From the NCBI GenBank assembly GCA_964604825.1, contig CAZSAL010000010.1:2141-66140 (forward strand): DNA of 64,000 nt. The letters are read 5' to 3'. The stretch comes from an uncultured Elusimicrobia bacterium. Lineage in GTDB: Bacteria; Elusimicrobiota; Elusimicrobia; 2-01-FULL-59-12. Positions 35,580 through 46,353 of the stretch are shown in pieces (positions within the stretch are counted from its first letter, which is position 1; every line of letters starts with the position of its first letter). Below the pieces are notes generated by a model. That model searched no databases, had not been told where the DNA came from, and saw only the letters and a list, made by a program, of their open reading frames with translations. The position numbers and the translations under genes were made by a program.

Positions 35580-38500
35580 TTATTCACCGTCTGCCGCCAT
35601 GGGCAAATCTTCAACAGGTCCCGTGGAAATAATGTCTGTATCGACACCTGCACTCACCAAATCTTCCTCCGGCCAGTTGCGGCAGAGGAGTTCCGTCTGC
35701 TTGAGCACGGTTTCGGTGGCTCTTTCCTGTTTGTCCGGCGGATACCCGTGCTCGCGGAGGAGGCGTTTGATGGTGACTCGCATTCTTGCGCGCACGGATT
35801 CTTTGAGTGACCAATCAACAGCAAGATTCTGACGAACAGACTTAACGAGGTCCCTGGCGATAGCGCCAAGAACCTTGTCCCCCAAAATTTTGACGGCGCT
35901 GTCGCTGGTTTCCAGAGCGTCGTAAAAAGCCAGTTCATCTTCGGTTAAACCAAGCTTTTCACCCCTCTTGTGCGCCTCGCGCATCTCCCTGGCAAGCTTG
36001 ATAAGTTCCTCAATGACCTGAGCCGCTTCAATGGCCCGGTTGTGGTAGCGCTGAATGGTTTCCTCAAGCATTTTGGCGAAAGACCGCGACTTCACCAGGA
36101 ACTTTCGTTCCCGAATTTTAATTTCATCTTCCAGAAGTTTCCGCAGCGCTTCCGCCGCCAGATTCTTCTGAGGCATGCGCCGCACTTCATCCAGAAACTT
36201 GTCCGAGAGAATCGATATATCCGGTTTTCCCTGACCGCTCGCCGCAAAAATATCGACCACTTTGTCTGAGTAAACCGCACCGGAAACAATCTGCCGGATG
36301 GCATTATCCAGGTCCGCCGGATCCGCGCCGCCGGCCTCGGTGTTCTTGATCAAAGAGGCCTTGATCGCCTGGAAATAGCTCACCTCATTACGAACAGCCA
36401 GGGCTTTATCATGAGGAACTGACAACGCAAATGCCTGGGACATCTCCGCGACTGCCTGAAGGAAGCGCTTCTTCCCATCCTCAACCTGCTGAAGAATATA
36501 ATCCATGCCGCCGCTCACGGCCGCTACGCGTTCCCCTGCCGTTCCTTTAAAGAACTTCCCATAGTCATATTTCCACCCGCCCGAGCCCTTAGCAGCGGGC
36601 GGGTGCGGCCGGAGAGGTTTCCCAGCCACAGGTTGGGACCCTGTCGGACCGGCGAAAATACCGCGCAGCACTTCAAGTTTCTCCAGGAGTTTCGCAACAG
36701 CTATTTCCTGATCAATACCCGCAGCCTTCCGGTCCCGCTCCGAGTACTCGGCCAGGGCGGCTTTCAGCTCGTGGGCAATGCCCAGATAATCCACGACCAG
36801 CCCGCCCGGTTTATCCTTAAAAACCCGGTTCACCCGTGCAATGGCCTGCATCAAACCATGCCCGCGCATGGGCTTGTCGATATACATCGTATGGAGAGAC
36901 GGCACATCAAACCCGGTCAGCCACATATCCCGCACAATCACCAGCCTGATGGGACACTCCGGCTTTTTGAATTCGTCCCCCAGCCGCTTGCGTCGCTCTT
37001 TATCGCGGATATGTGCCTGCCACTCCGGACCGTCCGCCGCTGATCCAGTCATCACTACCTTCAGAAATCCCTTTTTATCGTCCGGATCATGCCATAGAGG
37101 GCGAAGCTTGACGATTTCGTTATAAAGGTCAACGCAGATACGGCGGCTCATGCAGACGATCAGCCCTTTGCCTTCCATGGCTTCCCGCCGTTTCTCAAAA
37201 TGCTCCACGATATCCTTTGCGATAAGCCTGATTCGCCTCTCCGCTCCAACCAATGCTTCCATGCGCGCCCACTTGGTCTTAAGCTTTCGCTGGACGTTTT
37301 CCTCTTCGCCCTCCGTGACTTCTTCAAACTGAGGATCGATCTTCGGCATTTCTTCGGGTTTGAGGCCGAGCTTGGCCAGGCGGGCTTCGTAATAAATGGG
37401 AACTGTGGCCTTATCTTCGATTGATTGATGGATATCGTAAATATCGATGTAATCACCGAAAACCGCCCGCGTGTTGCGGTCGCCTGCCTCAATCGGCGTA
37501 GCGGTGAACCCGATGAACGAGGCTTGCGGCAGGCAGTCCCGCATATGCTTAGCCAGGCCTTTAATGAAATCGTATTGGGACCGGTGCGCCTCATCCGCGA
37601 TCACAACAATATTGCGCCGATCAGAAAGCAAAGGATTCGTGTCCCGTTCGCTATTCCTTTTCGACGGGACCTGCAGCGATGAACTCATCCGCTGCAGATC
37701 ACCTTTCTGGTCTGGCAGGAACTTCTGAATCGTCGTAAATATGACACCGCCTGAGGCGCGCTTGAGAAGCTCCCGGAGATGTACCCTGCTGGTCGATTGG
37801 ATGGGCGCCTGAGCAAGAAGATCCGAACAAGGCACAAAGGTCCTGTCAAAAAGCTGGTCATCCAGATCGTTGCGATCAGTGAGAAGGACCAGGGTAGGAT
37901 TTTTCATCTCCGGATGCTGGATTATTTTCCCTGCATAAAAAACCATGGTCAGGCTTTTACCCGAGCCCTGAGTGTGCCAGACAACTCCCGCCCGCCTGTC
38001 TCCCTTGACGGCCTTGACCGTAGCTTCAATTGCCTTTTGCACCGCATGGAACTGATGATAGCTGGTCATCTTTTTGATGGTGGTTTTCTCGCCATGCTCG
38101 AAGACCGTGAAATAACGGATCAAATCCAGGAAGCGTTTCTTTTCGAACATACCCTTGATGAGCACTTCAAGCTGCGGCCGGCTTGAAGGGGCCAACTCGC
38201 GCCCGTCCACAGTCCGCCAGGGCATGAAGCGTTCCCAATCCGATGAAACAGTTCCCGCTCTTGCGGCGAGACCGTCGGAGATAATCAGCGGCCCGGCGAA
38301 CTGAAACAAAGAAGGAATTTCCTCCTTGTATGTCTCGAATTGTTTGAAGGCTTCCCGGACGGACGTTTGCTCCTTGGCAGGATTCTTCAATTCAAAGACA
38401 GCGAGCGGCAGGCCGTTCACAAAAATCACAACATCCGGCCTCCGGTTATGCTGATTTTCAATAACCGTGAACTGATTCACAACCAGCCAGTCATTAGCTT

Positions 38501-38921
38501 CAGCATCGTCAAAATCGATCAGCCGCGCATGATCAGATACCGTTCGCCCGTCGCCCTGATAATCTACCGGAACGCTTTCGATCAGATATTTATGAAACTG
38601 TTCGTTATTCTGCAGCAGGCTGGGATGTTCACTTCGCAGGACTTTACGGAAGGCATCGTCTAAAGCATCAGCAGGAATTTTCGGATTCAGCTTCGCCAGC
38701 GCCGATTTCAACCGCCCCGGCAGGACAACTTCTTCGTAGCTAGACCGCTCTGCGGGCCCATCAATCGCAACGGTGAAACCTCTTTGCGATGGTGCCGCTT
38801 CCGCTGCCGCAACAGGGAGCGGCGCAGGGGCAATGTCCGGGCCATGAGCGATAGAGTAGCCTAGGCTTTCCAGCCATTCAAGCGCGGCGTCTTCAGCGGT
38901 GGATTCGGTGATCGGGTTCAC
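35580..38921 (-). CDS. hsdR: type I restriction enzyme R subunit HsdR
   Basis: HSDR_N, the ResIII/DEAD helicase motifs ([12 protein letters not shown]-like [11 protein letters not shown]) and the C-terminal domain. 1113 aa. Confidence 0.9.
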   Translation of the reverse strand: MNPITESTAEDAALEWLESLGYSIAHGPDIAPAPLPVAAAEAAPSQRGFTVAIDGPAERSSYEEVVLPGRLKSALAKLNPKIPADALDDAFRKVLRSEHPSLLQNNEQFHKYLIESVPVDYQGDGRTVSDHARLIDFDDAEANDWLVVNQFTVIENQHNRRPDVVIFVNGLPLAVFELKNPAKEQTSVREAFKQFETYKEEIPSLFQFAGPLIISDGLAARAGTVSSDWERFMPWRTVDGRELAPSSRPQLEVLIKGMFEKKRFLDLIRYFTVFEHGEKTTIKKMTSYHQFHAVQKAIEATVKAVKGDRRAGVVWHTQGSGKSLTMVFYAGKIIQHPEMKNPTLVLLTDRNDLDDQLFDRTFVPCSDLLAQAPIQSTSRVHLRELLKRASGGVIFTTIQKFLPDQKGDLQRMSSSLQVPSKRNSERDTNPLLSDRRNIVVIADEAHRSQYDFIKGLAKHMRDCLPQASFIGFTATPIEAGDRNTRAVFGDYIDIYDIHQSIEDKATVPIYYEARLAKLGLKPEEMPKIDPQFEEVTEGEEENVQRKLKTKWARMEALVGAERRIRLIAKDIVEHFEKRREAMEGKGLIVCMSRRICVDLYNEIVKLRPLWHDPDDKKGFLKVVMTGSAADGPEWQAHIRDKERRKRLGDEFKKPECPIRLVIVRDMWLTGFDVPSLHTMYIDKPMRGHGLMQAIARVNRVFKDKPGGLVVDYLGIAHELKAALAEYSERDRKAAGIDQEIAVAKLLEKLEVLRGIFAGPTGSQPVAGKPLRPHPPAAKGSGGWKYDYGKFFKGTAGERVAAVSGGMDYILQQVEDGKKRFLQAVAEMSQAFALSVPHDKALAVRNEVSYFQAIKASLIKNTEAGGADPADLDNAIRQIVSGAVYSDKVVDIFAASGQGKPDISILSDKFLDEVRRMPQKNLAAEALRKLLEDEIKIRERKFLVKSRSFAKMLEETIQRYHNRAIEAAQVIEELIKLAREMREAHKRGEKLGLTEDELAFYDALETSDSAVKILGDKVLGAIARDLVKSVRQNLAVDWSLKESVRARMRVTIKRLLREHGYPPDKQERATETVLKQTELLCRNWPEEDLVSAGVDTDIISTGPVEDLPMAADGE

Positions 38922-38923
38922 AA

Positions 38924-39970
38924 CTATTTCTTTTTCCTCTTCCCGTGGGGTGGCGTAAGTTTTTTGATTTTTTCCACCACTTTATCGAAGTCGGACACCG
39001 GCTGGTTAGCTTCGATCCGCCGCCGGGTCTCCTCGTATTTCCCAAACTCGTCCTCAGCATGAGCGGCCGCGAGCTCATGCGATACCCTGCCAGCATGCGA
39101 CAGAATATTGCGTTCGTTGAACTGGAGAAAACCATCCAGTTTTTTCACCCAGTCCGCCATCTTCATCGGCGTGCGCCTGCGCGCCTGATCCTCGGCGTAA
39201 TCGAGATACATGGCGACCACGCGGTTCAACTCGCGCAGTTCTTCCTCATTCAGGTAGTTCTTGGCTACGGTAACGTCGGACCGGCGGATATGGCCTCTGG
39301 GTGCGTTCTTCCACGTAGTCAGTCCCATATTCGGCTTGCCGGCGTCCGCCCGGCCATAAATAATCTCTGCCGCCGTGTGCCCGTGAATCGCCCAATGCAG
39401 TTTGTTTTGCACTGTGGAGTAGAACGTCTGCGTGATCTCCGCCTGGGCATCATAATCGATGCTGCACTGCGCATAGATGTCGGTGATCTTCTGGTAGAAC
39501 CGCCGCTCCGAAGCCCGGATATCACGGATGCGTTCCAGCAACTCATCAAAATAATCTGCGCCCAGGTTGGCTCCGGACTTGAGGCGTTCGTCATCCATCG
39601 TAAACCCTTTGACAATGTACTCCCGCAGACGCTGTGTCGCCCAGATGCGGAATTGCGTGCCTCGTTGGGACTTCACGCGGTATCCCACAGAGATAATGAC
39701 GTCCAGGTTGTAGAACTGTGTCCGATAATTTTTCCCATCAGGGGCAGTCGTCAAGGAATCCTTGACAACTGAATCTTCAGACAATTCTTTCTCGGAAAAG
39801 ATATTTTTGATATGCAGACTGACATTTTGCTTCGTTGTTTGAAGCAACTCCGCGATCTGATTTTGAGTGAGCCAGACCGTTTCGTTTTCCAAACGTACAT
39901 CCAGCCGGGTCTGCTTATCTTCCGTCTGGTAGATTAGAATTTGAGATTGTTCAGAAGGTTCTTTCTTCAT
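38924..39970 (-). CDS. RhuM family virulence/Fic-associated protein
   Basis: The conserved RhuM core (..[17 protein letters not shown]..). It is inserted between hsdS and hsdR, and its GC is lower than the flanking genes. Confidence 0.8.
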   Translation of the reverse strand: MKKEPSEQSQILIYQTEDKQTRLDVRLENETVWLTQNQIAELLQTTKQNVSLHIKNIFSEKELSEDSVVKDSLTTAPDGKNYRTQFYNLDVIISVGYRVKSQRGTQFRIWATQRLREYIVKGFTMDDERLKSGANLGADYFDELLERIRDIRASERRFYQKITDIYAQCSIDYDAQAEITQTFYSTVQNKLHWAIHGHTAAEIIYGRADAGKPNMGLTTWKNAPRGHIRRSDVTVAKNYLNEEELRELNRVVAMYLDYAEDQARRRTPMKMADWVKKLDGFLQFNERNILSHAGRVSHELAAAHAEDEFGKYEETRRRIEANQPVSDFDKVVEKIKKLTPPHGKRKKK

Positions 39971-40165
39971 TTAAATACTTCCCTCCATCAAATCTTGGCT
40001 ACACGTCCACTCAGGTAAAGATTCCTCATGCGCGATCTCTGGCCCGTGAGCGATGCGGTAGCCAAGACTTCCCATCCATTCAAGAGCGGCGGCGGCGGTG
40101 GATTCGGAGAACTTTGTAATTCTACTCATCTCTTGGGAGAAAGTTTGGGGTTTCTCCAGACCCAA
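39971..40165 (-). pseudogene. duplicated fragment of the hsdR 5' end (HSDR_N N-terminal ~45 aa)
   Basis: ESTAAAALEWMGSLGYRIAHGPEIA aligns with the HsdR N-terminus [26 protein letters not shown]. Nucleotide identity is roughly three quarters by eye. Confidence 0.5.
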
Positions 40166-40902
40166 GGTAGCGGTTTAGGTGTGTATCCGGTTAATCCCAA
40201 CTTGATTTGATTTTCGATAGCTGGACGGAGTAAGTCCAAGTTTTGACGTAGTGCATCAATATCATCCTGGAGCAATTCAAAGTCAAACGATTTCTCGCTT
40301 AAATTTACTTTAAAGGGTGACCGGATCTGAAAATGGATGGAATATTTTCCGGCTTTCCACCAAAAGTGTTTCTTGTATTCCTCTACAAGCTTATGTACTT
40401 GCTCGCTCGCCATTAATTTATCGTGATAGTTGGGTTCCGCCTTCATCAGATATGACTGATGGGCAGTCGCCTCATTCATGGGAGAAGCTACCTCCTGATG
40501 AAATTCAGTATCTTGAAATCGAACAAATTTCTGGGTCAGCATTAGTGTGCTGAGTTTGAGGGCAATTGCATCATCACTCCGCTCGACCACCTGTTTTTTA
40601 CCCATTTCATCGCTGATCTCGCTGAATTTCTCAGACATGCCCATCCAAGTTAAAACGTGTGTGTCATGGTCGGAATGACGGACGGTGACATAAATCTCGT
40701 TCAAAATCACATCTTTGCGTTCGACAGCAAGGCCCAGCCGTATATTAAGAATTGGGCCGAACGTCGTATATCCTAATTCGATCTGCTTGTTCGGAATTAT
40801 CGTCACGATCGGCTTCGCGTATGCTTTATAACCCCATCGGAATATTTGGGGAATCCAGGCAGCAGCTCCAATATATGCAGCAACATCGGCTGGGTTAGTC
40901 AT
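40126..40902 (-). CDS. hypothetical protein (258 aa) embedded in the type I R-M operon
   Basis: No recognisable motif. Low local GC. It sits in the hsdS-hsdR slot, which typically hosts abortive-infection/anticodon-nuclease-type cargo. Confidence 0.5.
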   Translation of the reverse strand: MTNPADVAAYIGAAAWIPQIFRWGYKAYAKPIVTIIPNKQIELGYTTFGPILNIRLGLAVERKDVILNEIYVTVRHSDHDTHVLTWMGMSEKFSEISDEMGKKQVVERSDDAIALKLSTLMLTQKFVRFQDTEFHQEVASPMNEATAHQSYLMKAEPNYHDKLMASEQVHKLVEEYKKHFWWKAGKYSIHFQIRSPFKVNLSEKSFDFELLQDDIDALRQNLDLLRPAIENQIKLGLTGYTPKPLPWVWRNPKLSPKR

Positions 40903-42152
40903 ATTGTTCTCCTCTGGGTTGTATTAACATGGACATGACAAAGCAAATGAATTTTCCCCGACATCAGCTTCGGCAGCAGGGCGTCGCGTATGGCGGCGAG
41001 TTTTTTGGACTGCTCTTCGTTGTTCTCGATCATTTGATCCAAAGGGTATGCGAATTGTTCAAAGGCATCTATTAACTCTTTAGGCGGTGATGCATGTTTA
41101 ATGTTGCAGAAATCATTTTTCCCAATTGATCCGAAGACAGTGCCTTCAGCTTCGAAAGATGCAAAGGATTCGTTCAGAAAATGCATCGAGTAGTAAGTGT
41201 ACGAACGGCTGCCGCTTTTATGCCGAATTGCGGCAACCCCGCGTCCAATGCAACATTCCCTCAGCGTTAAATTTATATCTCCAACTGGAGCGCGAACGCT
41301 GACAAGCGTATCACCTGCCTGCGCTCGTCTAGTAGGTGCAGTGCAATAAACGCGAGATGTTGGGTAGCGGAATCCAAAATCTGTTCGCCCTTGGTAGAAT
41401 TCCATTCCCCCTCCAACCTCATTATATGTATCGCCTGGAGGTGATTGGCCCATAGTGAGGTTAAATTCCTCACCTATCGTGCTAAGCTGCCAACCCTTCG
41501 GAATTTCGCCGAGCGGAGAGTCCTGGAAGGAATCTGGAAAGAGATCGAGGATGTCCTTATTCCACCCCTCACCCACACCCTCTCCCCCTTGGGGGCGAGG
41601 GAATTTATAAGGGCGGCCTTGCATCTTTGCGCGGACGGGATCGAAATCTACAAACCAAGACTTAAAAATCGCCCGCGCCATGGCCTCCAGCGTCGTGTTC
41701 ATCTTCCGATTCAGCTCGATCTTGTCGTCAAGCGTGCTAAGGATGGCAGCAAGTCCTACCTGTTCCTCAACCGGAGGGATTTCGACTGGCAAGCTGTAAA
41801 ACGAATCCCGGCTTGTCGAAGGAATGGCTGAACCACTATCCATTCTATTGATATCGTAAGTGAGCAGCTTGTAATACGCCCACTTCAAATCAAGTTCAAT
41901 TTTTGGCTTGAGATAAAAGGCAGTATCTATCACAAAAAAGGGCTTGGCTGAATAATGGATTCCTCGATACGCCCCTTTGCGACCGACAATGACCCCCGGA
42001 TGCGGGCACAAAGGCTCCGAGTGCATCCCGATTGGCCCATTTGTTCCATAAACCGGATATGGGCCAGTACCGTCCTCGTATCCACGAAGACTTTGGCCAT
42101 ATTCCAAAGTTACTGCATCACCCCAACGCATTTCTCTCCACTCACCCGCCAT
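40899..42152 (-). CDS. hsdS: type I restriction enzyme specificity subunit HsdS
   Basis: Two target-recognition domains, a conserved central region (FKSWFVDFDPV...LFPDSF..LGEIPKGW) and the C-terminal LPK..M motif. The central spacer carries a ~12-aa repeat-encoded insertion (PRPQGGEGVGEGW). Confidence 0.85.
   Translation of the reverse strand: MAGEWREMRWGDAVTLEYGQSLRGYEDGTGPYPVYGTNGPIGMHSEPLCPHPGVIVGRKGAYRGIHYSAKPFFVIDTAFYLKPKIELDLKWAYYKLLTYDINRMDSGSAIPSTSRDSFYSLPVEIPPVEEQVGLAAILSTLDDKIELNRKMNTTLEAMARAIFKSWFVDFDPVRAKMQGRPYKFPRPQGGEGVGEGWNKDILDLFPDSFQDSPLGEIPKGWQLSTIGEEFNLTMGQSPPGDTYNEVGGGMEFYQGRTDFGFRYPTSRVYCTAPTRRAQAGDTLVSVRAPVGDINLTLRECCIGRGVAAIRHKSGSRSYTYYSMHFLNESFASFEAEGTVFGSIGKNDFCNIKHASPPKELIDAFEQFAYPLDQMIENNEEQSKKLAAIRDALLPKLMSGKIHLLCHVHVNTTQRRTI
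41563..41603. repeat. GC-rich palindromic repeat (cccctcaccc / ccctctccccc-ttg-ggggcgaggg) inserted in-frame in the hsdS central region
   Basis: Same motif family. It encodes RPQGGEGVGEGW between the FDPV and LFPD conserved blocks. Confidence 0.55.
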
Positions 42153-42187
42153 ACCCGAGCTCCTTCAAGCGGTTGTAGTGCATTGTC

Positions 42188-43360
42188 TCACGCAGAGCGT
42201 TCCGTTCCTTCGGCTAGAATCTTGATATAAGGATCGTAAATGAAAATGCGGCCGCGAAGCTTCCCGGTAAACTCTCGGGCAATTGCAAATTTTTGTAGAT
42301 ACATCATCGCTTTGTTCACGGCAGGAAAAGAAAGTTTGAGCTCTCTTTCTGCGTCGGCCAGGGAAATAACTCCATGCTTTCTCAATAAGGTATGCACGCG
42401 CAATGCTGTCATGCCAGCCTTGCCAAGTTTTTGGATTTGATGACTATGATCTTCAAACATAGTTAAAAGTCTTTTGACGGTATCAGCCGCCTGGTTGGAA
42501 ACCTCCTCCACCCCTCGTAAATAAAAGGCCATCCACCCTTCCCAATCTCCGTGCGTACGGATTCTTTGCAGAACCTCGTTATACTCTTCCCGATGTTGCT
42601 TGAAGTGGAGACTCAAATAAAGAAGGGGCTGGGACAGCGCACCTTCTGCACAGAGAATAAAGGTGATCAATAAACGGCCCAGGCGGCCATTGCCATCGAG
42701 AAAAGGGTGAATGGTCTCAAACTGAGCATGGGCCAAGCCAGCCTTAACCAGGGTGGCAGTCTGTATTGGATCTCCATGAAGAAACTTTTCCAAGGCCCCC
42801 ATGGCAGGCATCACTTCATGCGGCGGTGGCGGCACATAGCGTGCGGTGCCGGGCCGCGTTCCACCGAACCAGTTTTGGGAACGGCGAAACTCCCCGGGTT
42901 CTTTGTCGCTACCGCGAGTATCCTTGAGCAACAGGGCGTGTATTTCTTTAAGAAGTCGAAGGCTTAGAGGGAATCCCTCTTTCAATCGCGCAAGCCCATG
43001 ACTCATAGCGGCCACATAATTCGAAACCTCCTTTACGTCGGCCAGGGGAACACCAGGAGTTTGCTTATTTTCGTAAAGCAACAAATCAGAAAGAGATGAT
43101 TGCGTCCCCTCAATTTGGGAAGAGAGGATGGCCTCCTTTCGGATGTACATGTAGAGGAATAGGGTGGGATCTGGCAAAAGGGTCGTAATTCCTTCGAGGC
43201 GACCTAATGCACGGTTGGCTCGTTCATGAGCAGCAGTATCCAACGTGACCGGTGGCGTTGGCGGCAACGGCGATGGGATGAACAAAACAAAAGGCTCAGG
43301 TCCTGACTGTTTCTCCCAGCGGCCTGATCTTATGCTTTTTATGGGGTCAAAATCTATCAT
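42188..43360 (-). CDS. Fic family protein (AMPylation/Doc-like)
   Basis: Fic motif HPFLDGNGRLGR and a C-terminal winged HTH. Confidence 0.85.
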   Translation of the reverse strand: MIDFDPIKSIRSGRWEKQSGPEPFVLFIPSPLPPTPPVTLDTAAHERANRALGRLEGITTLLPDPTLFLYMYIRKEAILSSQIEGTQSSLSDLLLYENKQTPGVPLADVKEVSNYVAAMSHGLARLKEGFPLSLRLLKEIHALLLKDTRGSDKEPGEFRRSQNWFGGTRPGTARYVPPPPHEVMPAMGALEKFLHGDPIQTATLVKAGLAHAQFETIHPFLDGNGRLGRLLITFILCAEGALSQPLLYLSLHFKQHREEYNEVLQRIRTHGDWEGWMAFYLRGVEEVSNQAADTVKRLLTMFEDHSHQIQKLGKAGMTALRVHTLLRKHGVISLADAERELKLSFPAVNKAMMYLQKFAIAREFTGKLRGRIFIYDPYIKILAEGTERSA

Positions 43361-43459
43361 ATATTTGCTATTAAATTATACACGCTTATAGTTTAATAAT
43401 CTATAGTGTTATTAAGCTTTAGGTTAATAGATAAAACACATCTACAATACATGCAGTTT

Positions 43460-45007
43460 TTAAACACGTTTCAGATTATCTCGAATAACAGCCTCCAAAC
43501 AGGCACTTTTGGCAAATTGTTCCTCTAGTTGCTTGGTGAGCCGTTTCATCTTTTCTTCAAAGGGTTCGCCGTCATCCTCCACAGCTTCCGCGCCGACATA
43601 GCGGCCGGGTGTAAGCACATGACCGTGAGAGGAAATCTCTTCCAGCCTGGCGCTTTTACAAAAACCGGGGATATCTTCGTACTTGCCAGCTTCTTTCTCT
43701 CCCCGCCAGGCATGGTAGGTTTTCGCAACGCGGGCGATTTCCTCATCCGTGAGTTCACGGTGCGTGCGATCAATCAGGTGGCTGAGCTTGCGGGCGTCAA
43801 TGAAAAGGGTCTGGCCGCGTCTATCACGAAACTTTCCATTCTTCTTGTCCCGAGCGATGAACCACAGACAGGCGGGAATCATTGCTCCATAGAAAAGTTG
43901 ACCTGGCAGGGCAATCATGCAGTCCACCAGATCGGCTTCGATGATTTTCTTGCGAATTTCGCCTTCCCCGCTGGTATTGGAAGACATCGATCCATTAGCC
44001 AATACGAAACCTGTAATGCCTGTCGGGGCCAGATGGTGAATCATGTGCTGGATCCAGGCGTAATTGGCGTTACCCGCAGGCGGCGCTCCATACTTCCAGC
44101 GCACGTCATCCCGCAAACGCTCTCCTCCCCAGTCTTTGAGGTTGAATGGGGGATTGGCAAGGATAAAGTCAGCTTTTAAATCTTTGTGCAGGTCATTGTG
44201 GAAGGTGTCCGCATTTTGAGGCCCGAGGTTGGCTTCGATCCCGCGAATGGCAAGGTTCATTTTGGCCAGACGCCAGGTTGTTGGGTTGGATTCCTGGCCG
44301 AAGATCGCGATATCGTCCCGTCTGCCGCCATGAGCTTTGATAAATTCCTCGCTCTGCACAAACATGCCGCTCGAACCGCAGCAGGGATCATACACACGCC
44401 CTTTATAAGGCTCGATCATTTCGACAAGGAGCTTTACGACGCAGCGCGGTGTATAAAATTCTCCGCCCTTTTTCCCTTCCGCGCTCGCAAATTTGCTCAG
44501 GAAGTATTCGTAGACCCGGCCAAGAATATCTTTTGAACGGCTTTCCTTGTCACCCAGGCCGATGGTGCCAATTAAATCGATAAGCTCGCCTAGCCGGTGT
44601 TTATCTAGATCAGGTCGAGCATAAATTTTCGGAAGAACCCCTTTGAGCGAAGGGTTATCCTTCTCAATGGCGACCATAGCGTCGTCAATCAGTTTGCCAA
44701 TCGTCGGCTTCTTCGCATTATCTTGAAGGCGAGTCCAGCGCGCTTCTTTTGGCACCCAGAACACATTGGCCGCAGTGTATTCATCACGGTCTTCCGGGTC
44801 AGCGCCTTTTTCCTTTGCCAGCTTCGCGCGATGTTCCTCAAAAGCGTCTGAAATGTACTTGAGAAATATGAGCCCCAACGCAACGTGTTTATACTCGCCC
44901 GGGTCCATGTGCCCGCGCATCTTGTCCGCAGCGGACCAGAGCTTTTCCTCAAACCCAAGGTTCGCGCCGTTGCCGTTTTGCTTAACAGATTTCATTTCAC
45001 GCGCCAT
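43460..45007 (-). CDS. hsdM: type I restriction-modification N6-adenine methyltransferase subunit HsdM
   Basis: HsdM N-terminal domain, SAM motif, and the catalytic LANPPFN. Confidence 0.9.
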   Translation of the reverse strand: MAREMKSVKQNGNGANLGFEEKLWSAADKMRGHMDPGEYKHVALGLIFLKYISDAFEEHRAKLAKEKGADPEDRDEYTAANVFWVPKEARWTRLQDNAKKPTIGKLIDDAMVAIEKDNPSLKGVLPKIYARPDLDKHRLGELIDLIGTIGLGDKESRSKDILGRVYEYFLSKFASAEGKKGGEFYTPRCVVKLLVEMIEPYKGRVYDPCCGSSGMFVQSEEFIKAHGGRRDDIAIFGQESNPTTWRLAKMNLAIRGIEANLGPQNADTFHNDLHKDLKADFILANPPFNLKDWGGERLRDDVRWKYGAPPAGNANYAWIQHMIHHLAPTGITGFVLANGSMSSNTSGEGEIRKKIIEADLVDCMIALPGQLFYGAMIPACLWFIARDKKNGKFRDRRGQTLFIDARKLSHLIDRTHRELTDEEIARVAKTYHAWRGEKEAGKYEDIPGFCKSARLEEISSHGHVLTPGRYVGAEAVEDDGEPFEEKMKRLTKQLEEQFAKSACLEAVIRDNLKRV

Positions 45008-45121
45008 AGAATGTTCTCCGAAGGAATGTATGTCTAAAAGGATGAATCTATTTTCGCTCTTTTAAGGTTGCATTTCTAGCAAACGGGGGAAGTTGGGAGA
45101 GAACCCCTGACAGGATGACAC

Positions 45122-45748
45122 TTACTTGGCGGCGGGTTTCCAGAATGGGGTTTCGTAGCGTGAACGTTCCTGAGGGATGTTCAGATTCATCCCGGTCTCA
45201 ATGCGATCAAAATCAGGGATAGCATCGTGGTTGGCTTTCCAGATGGCAACCCATCCGGCGCCGCGATGAACAGGGGAATGTCTTGCCGCTATATCCCATA
45301 ACGTATCGCCGCGGCGTACGGCGTAATACCCGGGAGGAAGACCGGCAATTTTTGTTCTAAATTCCTTTACCGACTGCCATGCCGTGTGCGCTTCCGCCAT
45401 GGCAACATCATACTGCTCCCTGCTGATAAGCTCCTTGGCGTTGCGCAAAGGCGTAGAAATAGTTGGGACATCGCCGAAATGCTCCCTCAAGGGCTTATAA
45501 GCCTCACCAATTACGGCGACGCTTGCAACCACGGTTCTTCTGAGACGTTCCATCGCCGTGTTTTCCTCGCGACGGGCTTCCACGGCAGAGGCAACGCGCG
45601 TTTGCTGTTCATCACAAACGGCTCGCGCATGGCGCAAAGCTAAAATCCCTTCCTCTTCCACGCTGTTGATTCGAGCAACCAGAAAACCATAGCCAGCGGC
45701 AATAGAGCCGAAAAAAATCATTAACAATTGAAAACGAGTGAATCGCAT
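45122..45748 (-). CDS. LysM domain membrane protein
   Basis: N-terminal TM segment, coiled region, and C-terminal LysM (YYAVRRGDTLWDIAARH...). Confidence 0.65.
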   Translation of the reverse strand: MRFTRFQLLMIFFGSIAAGYGFLVARINSVEEEGILALRHARAVCDEQQTRVASAVEARREENTAMERLRRTVVASVAVIGEAYKPLREHFGDVPTISTPLRNAKELISREQYDVAMAEAHTAWQSVKEFRTKIAGLPPGYYAVRRGDTLWDIAARHSPVHRGAGWVAIWKANHDAIPDFDRIETGMNLNIPQERSRYETPFWKPAAK

Positions 45749-45799
45749 TAGTGAAAATAATGCAATTCATTTGAGCGACCGTCAAGAAAAACACCAGGA

Positions 45800-45957
45800 A
45801 CGACAGTAACAACAGTAACTAAAGGGCCGAGTAACTACAGGGCCGAGCAAAGGCGGGAACTAAAAACGGAAGGGTCGAAAAACATCGGTAACTACAGTTC
45901 CGAGCTCGGCCTTTTTGTTACTGTCGTTGCTCGGCCCTTTTGTTACTGTTGTTAGAA
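45800..45957. repeat. complex inverted/tandem repeat (units gacagtaacaacagtaac and agggccgag(c)) forming a long imperfect hairpin upstream of the DUF360 gene
   Basis: cgacagtaacaacagtaactaaagggccgag...gggccgagcaa is mirrored by ttgctcggccc..ttgttactgtcgttgctcggcccttttgttactgttgtta. Confidence 0.5.
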
Positions 45958-46353
45958 TCTCCAGAGGCGGAAGCGGACTTTTATTTCGCGGCGTTCGTGG
46001 AAGATCCAGCTGAGGGCCGTACTGAACAGGGAAAAAAGAAGCGATCCGACGATTGCCCAGCCGTAGTTTCGGATCATCAGTCCCCGGATAATATAGCCCG
46101 CGCTGAAAAATATGGCGGCGTTCAAAAGAATAGTGAAAAATCCTAATGTGATAATGTTCAAGGGCAGAGTCAGGAAAAGAAGCACGGGACGGACAAAAGC
46201 ATTTAGCAAACCAAGAACCAGAGCGCCGAATATGCAGGATTCCCATCCCCGGAACCACACTCCCCCGCGAAGGCAGAGCGCCGTAAGCATCAGCGCAATC
46301 GTATTAACAAACCAGCGAAGAAAGAAAACTTTCATTCCGTCTTTCCTTACCAA
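45952..46353 (-). CDS. DUF360/YvlD-type 4-TM membrane protein ('phage holin 4' superfamily)
   Basis: Four hydrophobic helices, about 130 aa. Confidence 0.5.
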   Translation of the reverse strand: MVRKDGMKVFFLRWFVNTIALMLTALCLRGGVWFRGWESCIFGALVLGLLNAFVRPVLLFLTLPLNIITLGFFTILLNAAIFFSAGYIIRGLMIRNYGWAIVGSLLFSLFSTALSWIFHERREIKVRFRLWRF

